Positions 1-13,103 are shown, numbered from the stretch's first letter. The stretch is 64,000 nucleotides of DNA from Octopus sinensis (GCF_006345805.1 NC_043003.1:11284001-11348000), one strand, 5' to 3'. Notes: generated by a model from the sequence alone, not told the origin. Numbers and translations are program-made.

Positions 1-177
1 ACAAAAAGAAATAAAAGATGAAGACATACATACACACACACACACATACACACATACATACATACATACATACAAAAGGTCATAATGTTGGAAAATAACA
101 ACTACAGCAGCAATTGAAGCAACCACATATATCACATGACTTTTGGCAGACAATTCCTTGGATTTCATATAAGCATT

Positions 178-810
178 ATCATCATCATCATCATCATTAT
201 CATCCTCATAGTCATTTAACGACTGTTTTCCATGCTGGTATGGGTTAGACAGGTTGACAGGAGTTGGTAAGCTTGAAGGCTGTACCAGGTTCCAGTTGTC
301 TGTTTTGAAATGGTTTCTATGGTTGGATGCCAACCACTTTACAGAGTGTACTGGATGCTTTTTTTTTTACATGGAACCAGCCCCAGAGCTTTATATATGG
401 CCCCAGCAGAGGTGCTTTATATGTGTGGAACCAACACAGGCACTTTTCATGTGGCACAAGCACAGGTGTTTTTTACATGGCACCAACATGGGTGCTTTTC
501 ATGTAGCACCAGCACAGGTGCTTTATGTGTGGCACTAGCATGGGTGCTTTACATGTGGCACCGGCACAAGTGTTTCATATGTGGTACCAACATGAGTACA
601 TAGCACCAGCACAAGTGTTTTATATGTGGCACCAACATGATGCTTTTCATGTAGCACTAGCACAGGTGCTTTATGTGTGGCACTAGCATGGGTGCTTTAT
701 ATGTGGCACTGGCACCAGTGCTTCATATGTGGTAACCAACATGAGTGCTTCATACATAGCACCAGCACGAGTGTTTTGTGTGGCACCAGCACAGATTCTT
801 TTTTACATGG
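178..810 (-). mobile_element. (GAT)n-tailed retroposon (SINE/LINE-tail family) with an expanded, decayed internal tandem repeat
   Basis: Begins with (CAT)n-tttaacgactgttttccatgctgg and contains ggatgccaaccac. From ~360-810 it has many degenerate copies of gcaccagcacaggtgctttatgtgtg. Same family as copies at 6948, 23439, 25974, 43978 and 45640. Confidence 0.75.
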
Positions 811-1484
811 TAGCAACACATAAAAACATAATTCTAAGTTCGTCTAAGACAATGCAAGTAGCTTTAAGAGGTCAAAGTTGACTCATAACTCAGTAAATTC
901 TACAGATTTATTCGTTGATTGTCTCCTTCAGTATTTCATCATCAACATCATCATCATCATCATTTAATGTCTGCTTTCCATGCTGGCATTAGAATATATA
1001 ATGAATGTATTCAAGATAGGACCATTATTCAATTTAATTTATATTAATTTATCATGAGCAAATCAATACAAGATTTATTGATAAATTAAATTAATAAGTT
1101 TGTGTACTACGAGGTGGGGAAGGGTGAATTCTGACATTTTAGGCAGGGCTTTGAAGAAAAAAATAAGAAATATGTTGGTGGCTGTAGGAAGATTTGAATA
1201 ATATCAAGAGGGAAAAATGGTATGGTTAGGCAATAGATCACTGGCTAGGGACCAAGGATCTCCGCTTTCATCACCACCACCACCTAAAAAATAAGAGAGT
1301 GGGAGTGAGTGAGAGAGAGAGAAGATAAAATGTTTTAAGAATATGCATGCCTTTTGTTGGTATAGCTAGAGTGTGTGAGCTACCCAGGACAGCCTGTTAC
1401 TTTGTCCCCTTCCACTATACATGCTTATACAGCATCCCCAAAAGGGCCATCCCTGGATTGGACTGCCTTCCTTGCCCTCATTCT

Positions 1485-1545
1485 TATTTCTTTACTGCCC
1501 ACAAGGGGCTACACATAGAGGGGACAAACAAAGGGATTAAGTCAA
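1485..1545 (-). mobile_element. Isolated 3' tail of the SINE-B variant that forms the 50.6-52.2 kb array
   Basis: tatttctttactgcccacaaggggctacacatagaggggacaaaca...gggattaagtc matches the array unit start at 50594. Confidence 0.75.
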
Positions 1546-1899
1546 TTAGTCAAGAGTACCAGAGCTGTAACCTCTCAATGCAGAGAAGAAGCTTGACCAG
1601 GAGAGACTCCTTGATTTCCAAGTTGTGCACCCTGTCGAGTAACATTACTCCAGAGATCCTTTAGGGGATCCCCATTTCAGCCATTTGCATTTGGGATTGT
1701 GCCTTCATGGTCATGTGTTGGATGAGCAAATTATGAAAGAATAAAATGTAAGTTTCTGCCAAAGCAGCATGGAAAACAGACATTAGATGATGATGATGAT
1801 GATAATGCTTATTTGAAATCCAAGGAATTGTCTGGCACGGATATGCTAAGGAAATCTCATATATCACATGAATTTTGGCAAAGAAAATCTGAAATTCAA

Positions 1900-2290
1900 T
1901 GTCAGGATTCTCTTTTTATCCATAGTGTAGCTACAGTGTTTACCACTCAGGGCACACATGAGTTTGAGTCTCACACAACAATGTCTGGACAGGTTTGTTT
2001 TTTTCTTTTTAACTTGTTGGCCATTTTAACTAAGTTCTACCAATATTCTTTTGACCCATCAATCACAATATAGTTTATAGTCAACTTTGTAGGTATTTTC
2101 TTCTCTGTTATCCTGTTCCAGACTCTTTTTGGCCACTACATTATGCCTCACGGGAAGAGAATATCTGGAAGACATTCTCTTGTAGGTTGGCAATAATGTG
2201 GTTGATGTCTCCGATCCTGGTCTTGCCCAGCCTACATTTGTTGTCTGGAAACCTTTTCCACCTTTCATGTTGTATGTACTTGGTGGAGAT
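1900..2290 (-). pseudogene. R4/Dong-like non-LTR retrotransposon fragment: CCHC knuckle and REL endonuclease start
   Basis: Frameshifted minus-strand translation gives DNKCRL..DINHII..RHNVVAK..KEYW*..CPDIVV. This matches the CCHC / RH-x-x-V-A / PD motifs of REL-type LINE ORFs. Confidence 0.75.
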
Positions 2291-2394
2291 CTCTTGTATG
2301 TATGTATGTATGTATGTTTGTAGGTATATGAATATATGTATGTACATGTTTGTATGTATGTATGTGTATGCATATATGTATGTATGTTTCTCTT

Positions 2395-2685
2395 CTGTCT
2401 TTTGTGTTCTTTAACATTTTAAACCTGAGAAATGTCTCGCATATTTTTATTGTTCCGCTTACAGATTGTATTTGTAATGTGTGAATTGGTTGATTTCTTT
2501 TTCTGAAAATCCAAGCTTATCTAGACTGACAGTTAGGCATTTACTTTCAAAACCAAGTGCTCCAATTATTATTGGTATAAATGTAAATTTGCGATCTGGA
2601 TATAGAAGCTGGAGGCTTCGAAGCAGTTGTCCATAGATATCCTCTTTTTCTCTTTGATTTTCAAAGAGATATTCACATCAGTAGG
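2395..2685 (-). pseudogene. R4/Dong-like LINE fragment: C-terminus of REL endonuclease
   Basis: Minus-strand translation with one frameshift: DVNISLKIKEKEDIYGQLLRSLQLLYPDRKFTFIPIIIGALGF..LDKLGFS..LQIQSVSGTIKICETFLRF. Confidence 0.8.
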
Positions 2686-2723
2686 ACACATATATGTATG
2701 TATGTGTGTATGCATGTATGTAT

Positions 2724-3105
2724 GCCATTATTCAGTTTTATTTCAAAATTTCTTGTCAATACAGAAGGAACTGGTTTCTAACCTAGATCTAAGGCTCCTT
2801 CATTGAAATGTCAACATCAACAACCTAGTACTTTTGTTTGTATGTATGTATGTATGTGTATATATATACAAGTTAGCATGTATGTATATGTACAGATTTG
2901 TGTTTTGCTTTATGTATGTATTCTCATGCATATAGTTGCATATCTAGACATGCTCATATATATTTAAATGATAAACTCCTGGGAAGTTTTACATATATTT
3001 ACAGTTTCAGTGATGGATCGGATCTGTAGTCTTTGAATCTGCCTTCTCCTTCCTGGCTTTGAGAAGCCTAATTTCTCAAGATTGGCATTTACTGTGTAAC
3101 ATATC
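2724..3105 (-). mobile_element. R4/Dong-like LINE 3' end (ORF end plus 3' UTR) ending in (CATA)n
   Basis: NANLEKLGFSKPGRRRQIQRLQIRSITETVNICKT is paralogous to the fragment at 2395-2685. The 3' UTR ends gaaataaaactgaataatg-(cata)n. Confidence 0.75.
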
Positions 3106-3296
3106 CCATGTATGTGTGCATGCATGTATGTATGTATATTATTTATGTGCATTTGATGTTGTAATTGTTGTAATTATTATTTTCCAACTACTTCATGTCC
3201 TTTTGTATGTATGTATGCATTTATGTTTGTATATTTGTATGTATGTATGTATGTTTGTATGTATTTATGTTTGTATATTTGTATGTATGTATGTAT

Positions 3297-3410
3297 GTCA
3301 TTGTTCAGTTTTATTTCAAGATTTCCTACCAATAGAGAAAGAACTGGTTTCTTACCTAGATCCAAGGGTCCTTCATTGGAATTTCAACATCAACAGGGTA
3401 TTTCTGTACT
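3297..3410 (-). mobile_element. 3' terminal segment of the same REL-LINE family
   Basis: Matches 2724-2820 (ttcagttttatttcaagatttc..ctggtttc..acctagatccaagg) and abuts (TATG)n. Confidence 0.75.
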
Positions 3411-4016
3411 TATGAATGTATACATGGAGATTTGTATGTTTTGTTTTATGTATGCATATGTGCACTGTTGACATTTTAATGTAATACTACAGACACATGT
3501 TCCATGTTTAGAGCTATTTTCTCATAGTTTCCTTAACTCTCTTTCTTTCTTATTCCTCTTCTGATTGTTCTCCATCAACCTCTTCCCCATTTCCAGTATT
3601 TTGTAACTTGTTATAATTTGGCTAGTTTTTGGGCCAATTTTTAAATTTTCAGATTGTTAATCATTGAAATACTAAAATCTTATTGTTTGCAATATTCAAT
3701 TTGACCAAAATTACAGACCTTCTACAGGCTGTGTACATCATAATTACATTAGAACCAGGGCCAAGAGCAGATGGCAAAGCTCAAATGGCAGCTGCATAAC
3801 GTTTTAATATTTAATTATTATTATCAATAATTTCATATTATCTCTTTCTGTCTTGCTTCGCATAAATTTCTACATACAAGCAGTTATACAGACATGTCTG
3901 TGTGTATATAAATACATATATTTAGATATATATATATTTACATGCATAAACTTTTATATGCACTGGTGTGTATGTTTGTGCTGGTATAGGCATGTGAACA
4001 CACACACAAACGCATA

Positions 4017-4050
<34 letters not shown>

Positions 4051-4224
4051 CATACATGAATTACTACTCTTAGGTGTAATGCTACTAATAACCTGGTGTT
4101 AAAACTTAATATACATACATAAACTATAGAATAAAACATCAGTCAAGCACAGAAGATAATGTTCTTTTGATATTTTATTTTATTTCATATGTGTGTGTGT
4201 GTATGTGCATATGTGTAATTTATG

Positions 4225-4314
<90 letters not shown>

Positions 4315-4662
4315 AATGTGTATATATATGTATGTATGTAAATGTGTATATATGTATGTATGTATATGTGCATATATATATTTATATGTATGTATGTGTG
4401 CATATATATATGTATGTTTGTATGTCTGCATATATATATATGTATGTATGTGTGCATATATATATATGTATGTAAATGTGTATATATATGTATGTAAATG
4501 TGTATATGTATGTATGTAAATGTGTATTTATATGTATGTAAATGTGTATATATATGTATGTAAATGTGTATATATATGTATGTATATAAATGTGTATGTA
4601 TGTATGTGTGCATATATATACATATATATGTATGCATGTATGTGTGCATATATATGTATGTA

Positions 4663-4693
<31 letters not shown>

Positions 4694-4927
4694 GTATATG
4701 AAACCGGTACTGAAATGTTCTTTATAAAACTATTTTAGCATTTTCTATTTTGACTTGTTTTTTCATATATGTATATGTATATACATATGTATATATGAAT
4801 ATGTATTTATATAGATGATGATGATGGTGATGGTGAATGCAGTGCCAGGCAGTGGCTCTCATGCCTTTTGATTTTAACTGATCGGAAGTGTTATCATGTA
4901 CATTGTTTTGGCTTGGTATAAAAGAAG

Positions 4928-5122
4928 GAAACCGTCAGAAAGAGTTGCAGCAGATTCTGTGGAGGCTGTGGTTAAAGCAAATAACGATTTTATGGAATAA
5001 ATTTGCTCTTTAGTATTTCAAAATATCTTTATGTAATTTTGGTAAATATATCTGTTAAAATGAGATGTCAGTGTTATTTTCATTTTTGTGTAATTTAGAT
5101 GACAGTTTATTCAACAACCCTG
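4928..5122 (+). mobile_element. 3' end of maT (DD37D) DNA transposon; duplicated at ~6040-6237
   Basis: Homologous to 35090-35292, including the terminus gacagtttattcaacaaccctg. Confidence 0.75.
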
Positions 5123-5178
5123 ATAGATCGCTAGCCACTAAACCTTTTTATTTTCTCTCTCTGTTTATTTCTGTGTTC

Positions 5179-5214
5179 CTTTCTGTTGAAGAGCATAGGC
5201 TTGAAACGTAAAAG
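5179..5214 (+). ncRNA. Variant minimal hammerhead-like motif (family E); duplicate at 6293-6328
   Basis: CTTT-CTGTTGA-A-GAGC(ATAG)GCTT-GAA-ACGT-A-AAAG. Stem I cttt/aaag, palindromic ACGT stem III, GUA triplet. Core position 6 is not A. Confidence 0.45.
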
Positions 5215-5301
5215 ACCTCCTCACTTCTCAAGCATTAAACAAATACATCTGTTTGTTGTTTACACACCTGTCTTCGTCTTTGTTTTTTTTCGTAATTCTC
5301 A

Positions 5302-5408
<107 letters not shown>

Positions 5409-5773
5409 ATGTGCATATATATATATGTATGTATGTAAATGTGTATATATGTATGTATGTATGTATATGTGCATATATATATTTATATGTATGTATGTGT
5501 GCATATATATATATATATATATGTATGTTTGTATGTCTGCATATATATATATGTATGTATGTGTGCATATATATATATGTATGTAAATGTGTATATATAT
5601 GTATGTAAATGTGTATATGTATGTATGTAAATGTGTATTTATATGTATGTAAATGTGTATATATATGTATGTAAATGTGTATATATATGTATGTATATAA
5701 ATGTGTATGTATGTATGTGTGCATATATATACATATATATGTATGCATGTATGTGTGCATATATATGTATGTA

Positions 5774-5804
<31 letters not shown>

Positions 5805-6416
5805 GTATATGAAACCGGTACTGAAATGTTCTTTATAAAACTATTTTAGCATTTTCTATTTTGACTTGTTTTTTCATATATGTATATGTATATACATATG
5901 TATATATGAATATGTATTTATATATAGATGATGATGATGGTGATGGTGAATGCAGTGCCAGGCAGTGGCTCTCATGCCTTTTGATTTTAACTGATCGGAA
6001 GTGTTATCATGTACATTGTTTTGGCTTGGTATAAAAGAAGGAAACCGTCAGAAAGAGTTGCAGCAGATTCTGTGGAGGCTGTGGTTAAAGCAAATAACGA
6101 TTTTATGGAATAAATTTGCTCTTTAGTATTTCAAAATATCTTTATGTAATTTTGGTAAATATATCTGTTAAAATGAGATGTCAGTGTTATTTTCATTTTT
6201 GTGTAATTTAGATGACAGTTTATTCAACAAACCCTGATAGATCGCTAGCCACTAAACCTTTTTATTTTCTCTCTCTGTTTATTTCTGTGTTCCTTTCTGT
6301 TGAAGAGCATAGGCTTGAAACGTAAAAGACCTCCTCACTTCTCAAGCATTAAACAAATACATCTGTTTGTTGTTTACACACCTGTCTTCGTCTTTGTTTT
6401 TTTTCGTAAATTCTCA

Positions 6417-6461
<45 letters not shown>

Positions 6462-6689
6462 AATATATAGAAATAGATACATGCACACACACACACATGT
6501 ATATAACTGTTAAAGAATCCTAAATCAGAAAAGACACTACACACATTGTACCACTGCATACATTCCAACTCAAAAAGAACATCAATTCTAAAATATGCAT
6601 AAATTTATTTTCCATATACACTTTTCCAGAAAGCTCTTGTTGTCTTGCAACATTTGCAGAGATGGTGTTTTGGTGCCAAGGGACATAAG

Positions 6690-6810
6690 TCTTCATGTAA
6701 CCCTTGGTTGCTTCATTTTGTCACCTTCGACAATAGAGAGCAGTCGCCACATTTCATCCCATAACTGCCATCTCTGAAGAGCACAAGGTGATATAATCGG
6801 ACTACTACCT
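6690..6810 (-). pseudogene. Possible decayed RTE-clade LINE 3' ORF fragment
   Basis: Two frames give RLYHLVLFRDGSYGMKC and LSIVEGDKMKQPRVT*, weakly resembling RTE C-terminal RWYGHV..VEG..RGRPRKTW. Confidence 0.35.
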
Positions 6811-6947
6811 AACATCAGTCAAGCACAGAAGATAATGTTCTTTTGATATTTTATTTTATTGAACCTTCAGTGCAAAACCAGTTGGTAATATCAACCATAA
6901 TGGACATATAATACTGTTCACTTCAATAATATATATATGTATATATA

Positions 6948-7262
6948 TCATCATCATTGTTTAACATCCATTTTCTGCGCTAGCACGGGTTGGACGGTTC
7001 GACCGGGGTCTGGGAAGCCAGGGGCTGCACCAGGCTCCAGTCTGATCTGGCAGAGTTTCTACAGCTGGATGCCCTTCCTAACGCCAACCACTCCGCGAGT
7101 GTAGTGGGTGCTTTTTACGTGCCACCTGCACAGGTGCCAGGGGGGGCCGGCATCGGCCACGGTCGGTTGGAGCTTTTAACGTGTCACCAGCACGGAAGCC
7201 AGCCAAGGCGGCGCTGGCAACGGCCACGTTCGGATGGTGCTTTTTATGTGCCATCGGCACAT
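6948..7262 (-). mobile_element. (GAT)n-tailed retroposon copy
   Basis: catcatcattgtttaacatccattttctgcgctagcacgggttggacgg...ggatgcccttcctaacgccaacc...ggtgctttttacgtgccac. Confidence 0.85.
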
Positions 7263-7325
7263 ATATCAAAAACATGTGTTATAATACTACTCCACATACA
7301 CAAAAACAGCCATACCAACAATCTA

Positions 7326-7377
<52 letters not shown>

Positions 7378-7378
7378 A

Positions 7379-8610
7379 TCAGGTTGAATAAAAAGTAAGC
7401 AACATGATGAATTGGTACTGGAGTTTTGCAGAGTTTTGATTTTTTTAAACATTTTTTTGCAATTGCCTGATAATACAGACATAGACTTGCCCAACTGCAT
7501 AAAAAAATTAACATTGATTTTTTTCTTCACCATTGTTACAATCCTCTAAAATGGAACTGTCAAAGCACTATATTCAAACAATTTGGTTATTCAACTTCAA
7601 AACATTTGGTGAGGAAATGACCAGTGAGTGGAAAGCTTGAAAATGGCTTAAATGATTTTGCAATGGAGACCAGAGCCTTGAAGATCATGAGTGTAGTGGA
7701 CGCCCATCTGTCATCGATGACGGCCAATTAAAGACCGTAATTGGGAAAGATCCATGTAAAACCACTCGAGAACTGGCAGAACTTCAAGTTAGCCAGAAAA
7801 CTGCCTGCAACCATTTGCATGCAATCAGAAAATCCCAAAAGCTCAACAAAGGGTTACCACATGATTTGAATGGAAATCAGAAAAATGCACAGATATGAAC
7901 TTTGCTCATCACTTCTTCTCCATAACCAGACTGATCCATTTCTCAACCATATTGTAATTTGTGATGAAAAGTTGGATTTTGCACAATGATGAAAAAAAAG
8001 TTCTTCACAGTGGTTGGACCAAAATGAAGCACCGAAAACCTTCCCTAAACCTGAGCTCTTCAAAAACAAGGTTATGGTGAATGTTTGGTGGTGAAATGCT
8101 GGACTCATCCACTATAACTTCTTAAAACCTGGAAAAACCATTACTGCAGAAACATATGGCTATAAAATTGCCAAAATGAATGAAAAACTACTACGCCTCC
8201 ATCCCAGACTGGTCAACAGAAGAGGGCAAATTCTTCTTCAGGACAATGCTCAACAACACATTTCACTAATGACGCTCCATAAGTTGAGGGAATTTGGGTA
8301 CGAAGTTCTTTTTAACCCACCTTATTCTCCAGACCTTTTTCCAACTGGCTACCTCTTTTTCTAGCACCTTGATGGTTTCCTGTGAGAGAAGGAATTTTTA
8401 AAAATCAAGCCAATGCTGCAAGTGCGTTCAAAGAGTTCATCAGCTCCAGAACTCCAGATTTTTATGTTACCGAAATAAACAAACTTGTAACAAAATGTAT
8501 TGATTGCAAAGGTACTTACGTTGATGAATAAAATTTCTGCATTGTTGAAATATAATATATTCTGATGGATTTCATGTTTCAAAACATTGCTTACTTTTTA
8601 CTCAGCCTGA
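7379..8610 (+). mobile_element. Full-length decayed mariner (DD34D) DNA transposon
   Basis: TA flanks at 7377-78 and 8611-12. 25-bp TIRs tcaggttgaataaaaagtaagcaac / rc tcaggctgagtaaaaagtaagcaat enclose transposase remnants. Confidence 0.95.
7551..8531 (+). pseudogene. mariner transposase pseudogene
   Basis: Motifs SLEDHECSGRP, IVICDEK, KVMVNVWW, ILLQDNA and PPYSPDLFPT(G). 34 residues separate the second D from the mutated third D. Multiple stops and frameshifts. Confidence 0.92.
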
Positions 8611-9546
8611 TATATATATCTATGTATGTGTGTGTGTGTTGTGTGTGTGTATATATATATATATATATTTATAAATAAGGATAATATCGATATTTAAATA
8701 TTGATATTATCAAGTGGCCAGCATGGGAATAAATACCATACAAAGGTAATAATTTTTTACAACTATAAATAAGGGTATCTGAGAGACACCACCATGCCGA
8801 AATAGCAGTCAAAACCCTGATTCTAAAAACCACCTTAAATGTTCATATTGCACCATGAGATAAGACAGAGAGACAAAATAGACTAGCAAAAAGATATTAC
8901 TGGATAATTCAAGATCCTGGATTTCTAGCTTTGCTTCAAATAAGCTCTGCCTTCATCAGTTGAATATACCAGATGGGCACATAAATACAAATATATATAC
9001 ACAGAACACACATTATACTTACATATACGAACATCCATACATACATATGCGCGTATGTACAAGGCCAGTTCAAATTTGCAGCCAACCATCTCATAAGTGC
9101 AATATGGTCAAAATAAACACCACAGTGTATATAGTGACGAATTATATAAATTTATAAATAACGATAATATTGATATATAAATATCGATATTATCAAGTGG
9201 CCAGCATGGGAATAAATACCATACGAAGGTAACCATATCACGCTTATGAGGTGGTTGGCAGGCAATTGCTTATTTTGATACATACATATATGTGTGTGTG
9301 TGTGTGTGTATGTATATACACATACACACATATCTTCAGTATTTCATGTCCATGTTCCATGCTGGTATGTATATTTATGTAAGGATAGTGAGAAAAATTG
9401 AAACTGAGGGAAAGAGAGGAATCCCCTTTGTAGCAGAGTAAACTGATTCAATGAATTTAGCTAAGTATGTCTTTCTGTGTATATATTTACATATAAACAA
9501 ATATATATATGTGTGTGTATGTATGTATGTATGTATGTATGTATTC

Positions 9547-9584
<38 letters not shown>

Positions 9585-10144
9585 ATTCGTGTGTGTGTAG
9601 GTGTTCATATTTCGATACCTGCATGTATGTCACTTCTTGTTTTCATATGTATGCGTAAATGAAGAGCAGCTTCTAATTCAACCTATCAAACCCACACTGC
9701 AGCTGGCTTCCATTCAAATAAAATTAAAAACCTGGCAAATATTAAATACATCCGCTCTCCACTTATAGATCCGCTCTCCACTTATAGATAATGAAAATGG
9801 CGGATCAATGTGTTTTTCTGTTTCTCTCTTACTACTCGAGCAAGCTTTGCAAAGACAAAACCGTTTCTATTGTTCTAAATGTCAATTTTATGCTTTCTGG
9901 CCAAACACCATGGTTGCTAGGCTTTGATAATAGTCATTATGCTCTTGTCATATACTGGCCTTCCATAAATTTCATTTTGTTGTATAAGTAAATCTGCAAT
10001 ATATCATTAGAGGTTTCAGCTTGGAAATGCGTATGTGCTTTCATGAGCACAAATCAGTTTCTGATTATAAGTACACATACATACATACAAACATACATAC
10101 ATACATATAAATACTTATATATATATATATACATAGAGAGAGAA

Positions 10145-10193
<49 letters not shown>

Positions 10194-10199
10194 GACATG

Positions 10200-10440
10200 T
10201 ATAAATGATGATGAGGATGATATATGTATATATATATATATGTGTGTGTATATGTATATATTTATCTACACAGGAGTGGGTGTGTGGTAAGTAGCTTGTT
10301 TACCAGCCACATGGTTCCGGGTTCAGTCCCACTGCGTGACACCTTGGACAAGTGTCTTCTACTATAGCCTCAGGCCGATCAAGGCCTTGTGAGTGGATTT
10401 GGTAGACAGAAACTGAAAGAAGCCTGTCATATATATATAT

Positions 10441-10510
<70 letters not shown>

Positions 10511-10723
10511 GATGATGATGATGTATGTATATATATATATATGTGTGTGTATATATATATATTTACACAGGAGCGGGTGTGTGGTAAGTAGCTTGTTTAT
10601 CAGCCACATGGTTACAGGTTCAGTCCCACTGCATGGCACCTTGGGCAAGTGTCTTCTACTATAGCCTCGGACCAACCAAAGCCTTGTGACTGGATTTGGT
10701 AGACAGAAACTGAAAGAAGCCTG

Positions 10724-10740
<17 letters not shown>
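10200..10740 (+). mobile_element. Tandem pair of tRNA-derived SINE-A 5' halves (10271-10430, 10568-10727) duplicated with their flank
   Basis: Both are preceded by ataaatgatgatga..(TA)n..tacacaggag, showing a ~297-bp diverged local duplication. Confidence 0.85.
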
Positions 10741-10759
<19 letters not shown>

Positions 10760-10762
<3 letters not shown>

Positions 10763-11058
10763 TTTGACCGACCAGGCTATCAGATGTTGCTACACATTGC
10801 TGGTCACAATGTGCTTCGCATTGTTTTAGCTTTCAAATGACACCACCCGGATATCTAAGTGAGCAGGCCAACAGAAGAAAGAGTGAGAGAAAGTTGTGGC
10901 AAAAGAGTACAACAGGGATCACCACCCACTGCCAGAGCCTCATGGAGTTTTAGGTGTTTTCACTCAATAAACACTCACAACGCCCGGTCTGGGAATCGAA
11001 ACCACAATACTACAAACGCGAGTCCGCTGCCCTAACCACTGGGCCATTGCATCTCCCA
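10760..11058 (-). mobile_element. tRNA-derived SINE (distinct family)
   Basis: Minus strand has an A-box-like tggcccagtggttag and a B-box-like ggtttcgattccc, followed by a ~230-bp body. Confidence 0.75.
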
Positions 11059-11535
11059 TATATACATATATATGTGTGTGTGTGTCTGTGTTTGTCTCCC
11101 ACCATCGCTTGACATCCGATGGTGGCATGTCTATGTTCCGGTAACTTAGCAGTTCAGCAAAATAGACTGATAGAATAAGTACGAGGCTAACAAAGAATAA
11201 GTCCTGGGGTCGATTTGTTCAACTAAAGGTGGTGCTACAGCATGGCCACAGTGAAATGACTGGAACAAATAAAAGAATATGTATATATGTTTCATCTTGA
11301 TCATCATCATTTAACATCCGTTTTCCATGTTGGCATGGATTGGACAGTTTGACTGAGGACTGGCGAACCAGATGGCTGCAGCAGGCTCCAATCTGTTCTG
11401 GCAAAGTTTCTACTGCTGGATGCCCTTCCTAATGCCAACCACTCTGAGAGTGTAGTGGGTGCTTTTTATCTTTATATATGTGTATATATATTTATATATA
11501 TGTATACATCTATCTATCTATATATGTGTGTGTGT

Positions 11536-11569
<34 letters not shown>

Positions 11570-11863
11570 ATATATATATAAGGGAAGAAAATGGATACAA
11601 AGGCAATTGGAAACTCGTGGTTTACACTAGTATGTCTTTAATTAAATAGGTGACAAAGAAGAAAGAAGCAGAGATGAGGGTGGCATTTACAATCTTTTCG
11701 ATTTACTGGAGTAAGTAAATCTCTTCAAAATGCGAGTATAGGTAGATGCATCGGTTAGAATGTAATGTAAACAAAGTGGTAATTCTTACGTTGAAATTTT
11801 GTTCTTGCACTGGTAAATTCAATGGGTAGAGGTTTGCTTGTGGTTGATTGGTTAGTTTCGTTA

Positions 11864-11895
<32 letters not shown>

Positions 11896-13055
11896 TAATA
11901 AATGGAGAAAAAAGACAACAAGAAAAAACAACCCAAGGGCATGGTACATGCAAAGTATTAATAAGACGCTCAGGAAAGGAAAGAAAGGGTGGTTGTTTTA
12001 TGTTTCAAGCAAAGCTCTTCTTTGGAAACAGGAGGCATAGGAAAGTCCGACATATATACACATATATAGACAGATAGACATATACATATATATAATATAC
12101 ATACATATATACACGTATATAGGGAGAATTCACAAAAAAATACAACAGACAGACAGGTGGTGTAGACAACAAACAGATGTGTTAGTTTAATGCTTGGGAA
12201 TTTAACATTTCGAGCCTACGCTCTTCCACAGAAAGGAACACAGAAAGAAACAAAACTTTAAAAATAAATTATAACTACTGGAGTCGATTTGTTTAATTAA
12301 ACCCATCAAGATGATGCTCCAGCATGGTCCTTGTCCAATGACTCAAACAAGTAAAGAATAAGTGATAAAAGATAAAAGACAAAGCTCACACATCCACACA
12401 CATACAAACACACACAAGCACACACACGCATGCATGCACAGACACACAAACACGCACACGTGCTCACACACACACTTGTGCACACATGCAAACACGCACG
12501 TAAACACACACACAAATACACACACTCACACGCACACATACACAAACACACACACACACACACACAGAGTCTCAATGCCATAAAATAAAGAAAGCAGAAA
12601 GATTTTTCTTGTGACAAAAGAGTGGATGACGGTACATCTGTCAATAAAGTCAGAGGCTGCGATGAAAGGACTTTGACAAACCAACTGATAGATTGATAAA
12701 ATGATTGATCAAACAATTGATTAGCTAATTTGCTAATTAATTAAATAGTTGACTGATAATGGTGAAAAGAAAAGAAATGCAACCAGTGTTTGTATGTGTG
12801 TGTATGCATGTTTGTGCGGATAGGGGCACCATGAAATGAAGTGTTTTGCTCAAAAACTCAATGTACCAATTTGTCCTGGAATTGAACCCATGATCTGACA
12901 ATCTTGCGTGCAACACCCTAACCACTAGGCCATATGCATTCACATATACATACGTATATACATACTTTACTTTATACTTCCTATAACCATCCTTTTCCAA
13001 AATAACTCCTTATATTGAACTGTACTATTTCCCTCTTAGTTAATTCTCTCATGTC

Positions 13056-13103
13056 GTCTCTGATGAAGGGATATCCCTAATATCCCAGAAACAGCTGTAA
13101 GAC
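13056..13103 (+). ncRNA. Type I minimal hammerhead ribozyme motif (family A)
   Basis: GTCT-CTGATGA-A-GGGATA(TCCCTAA)TATCCC-A-GAA-ACAGCTGT-A-AGAC. All core nucleotides, stem I GTCT/AGAC, palindromic ACAGCTGT, GUA triplet. Confidence 0.7.

Noticed and set aside
1546-1700. Partner LINE ORF upstream of the SINE tail at 1485
   Set aside because: No recognisable RT or C-terminal motif in any frame.
2964-3090. Apparent exon NANLEKLGFSKPGRRRQIQRLQ resembling a SAM domain
   Set aside because: Paralogous to the REL-LINE C-terminus at 2395-2685 and followed by that element's 3' UTR.
6690-6810. Apparent host exon SSPIISPCALQRWQLWDEMWRLLSIVEG
   Set aside because: Stops shortly after, no partner exon was found, and it is better explained as a frameshifted RTE-like fragment; the call remains uncertain.
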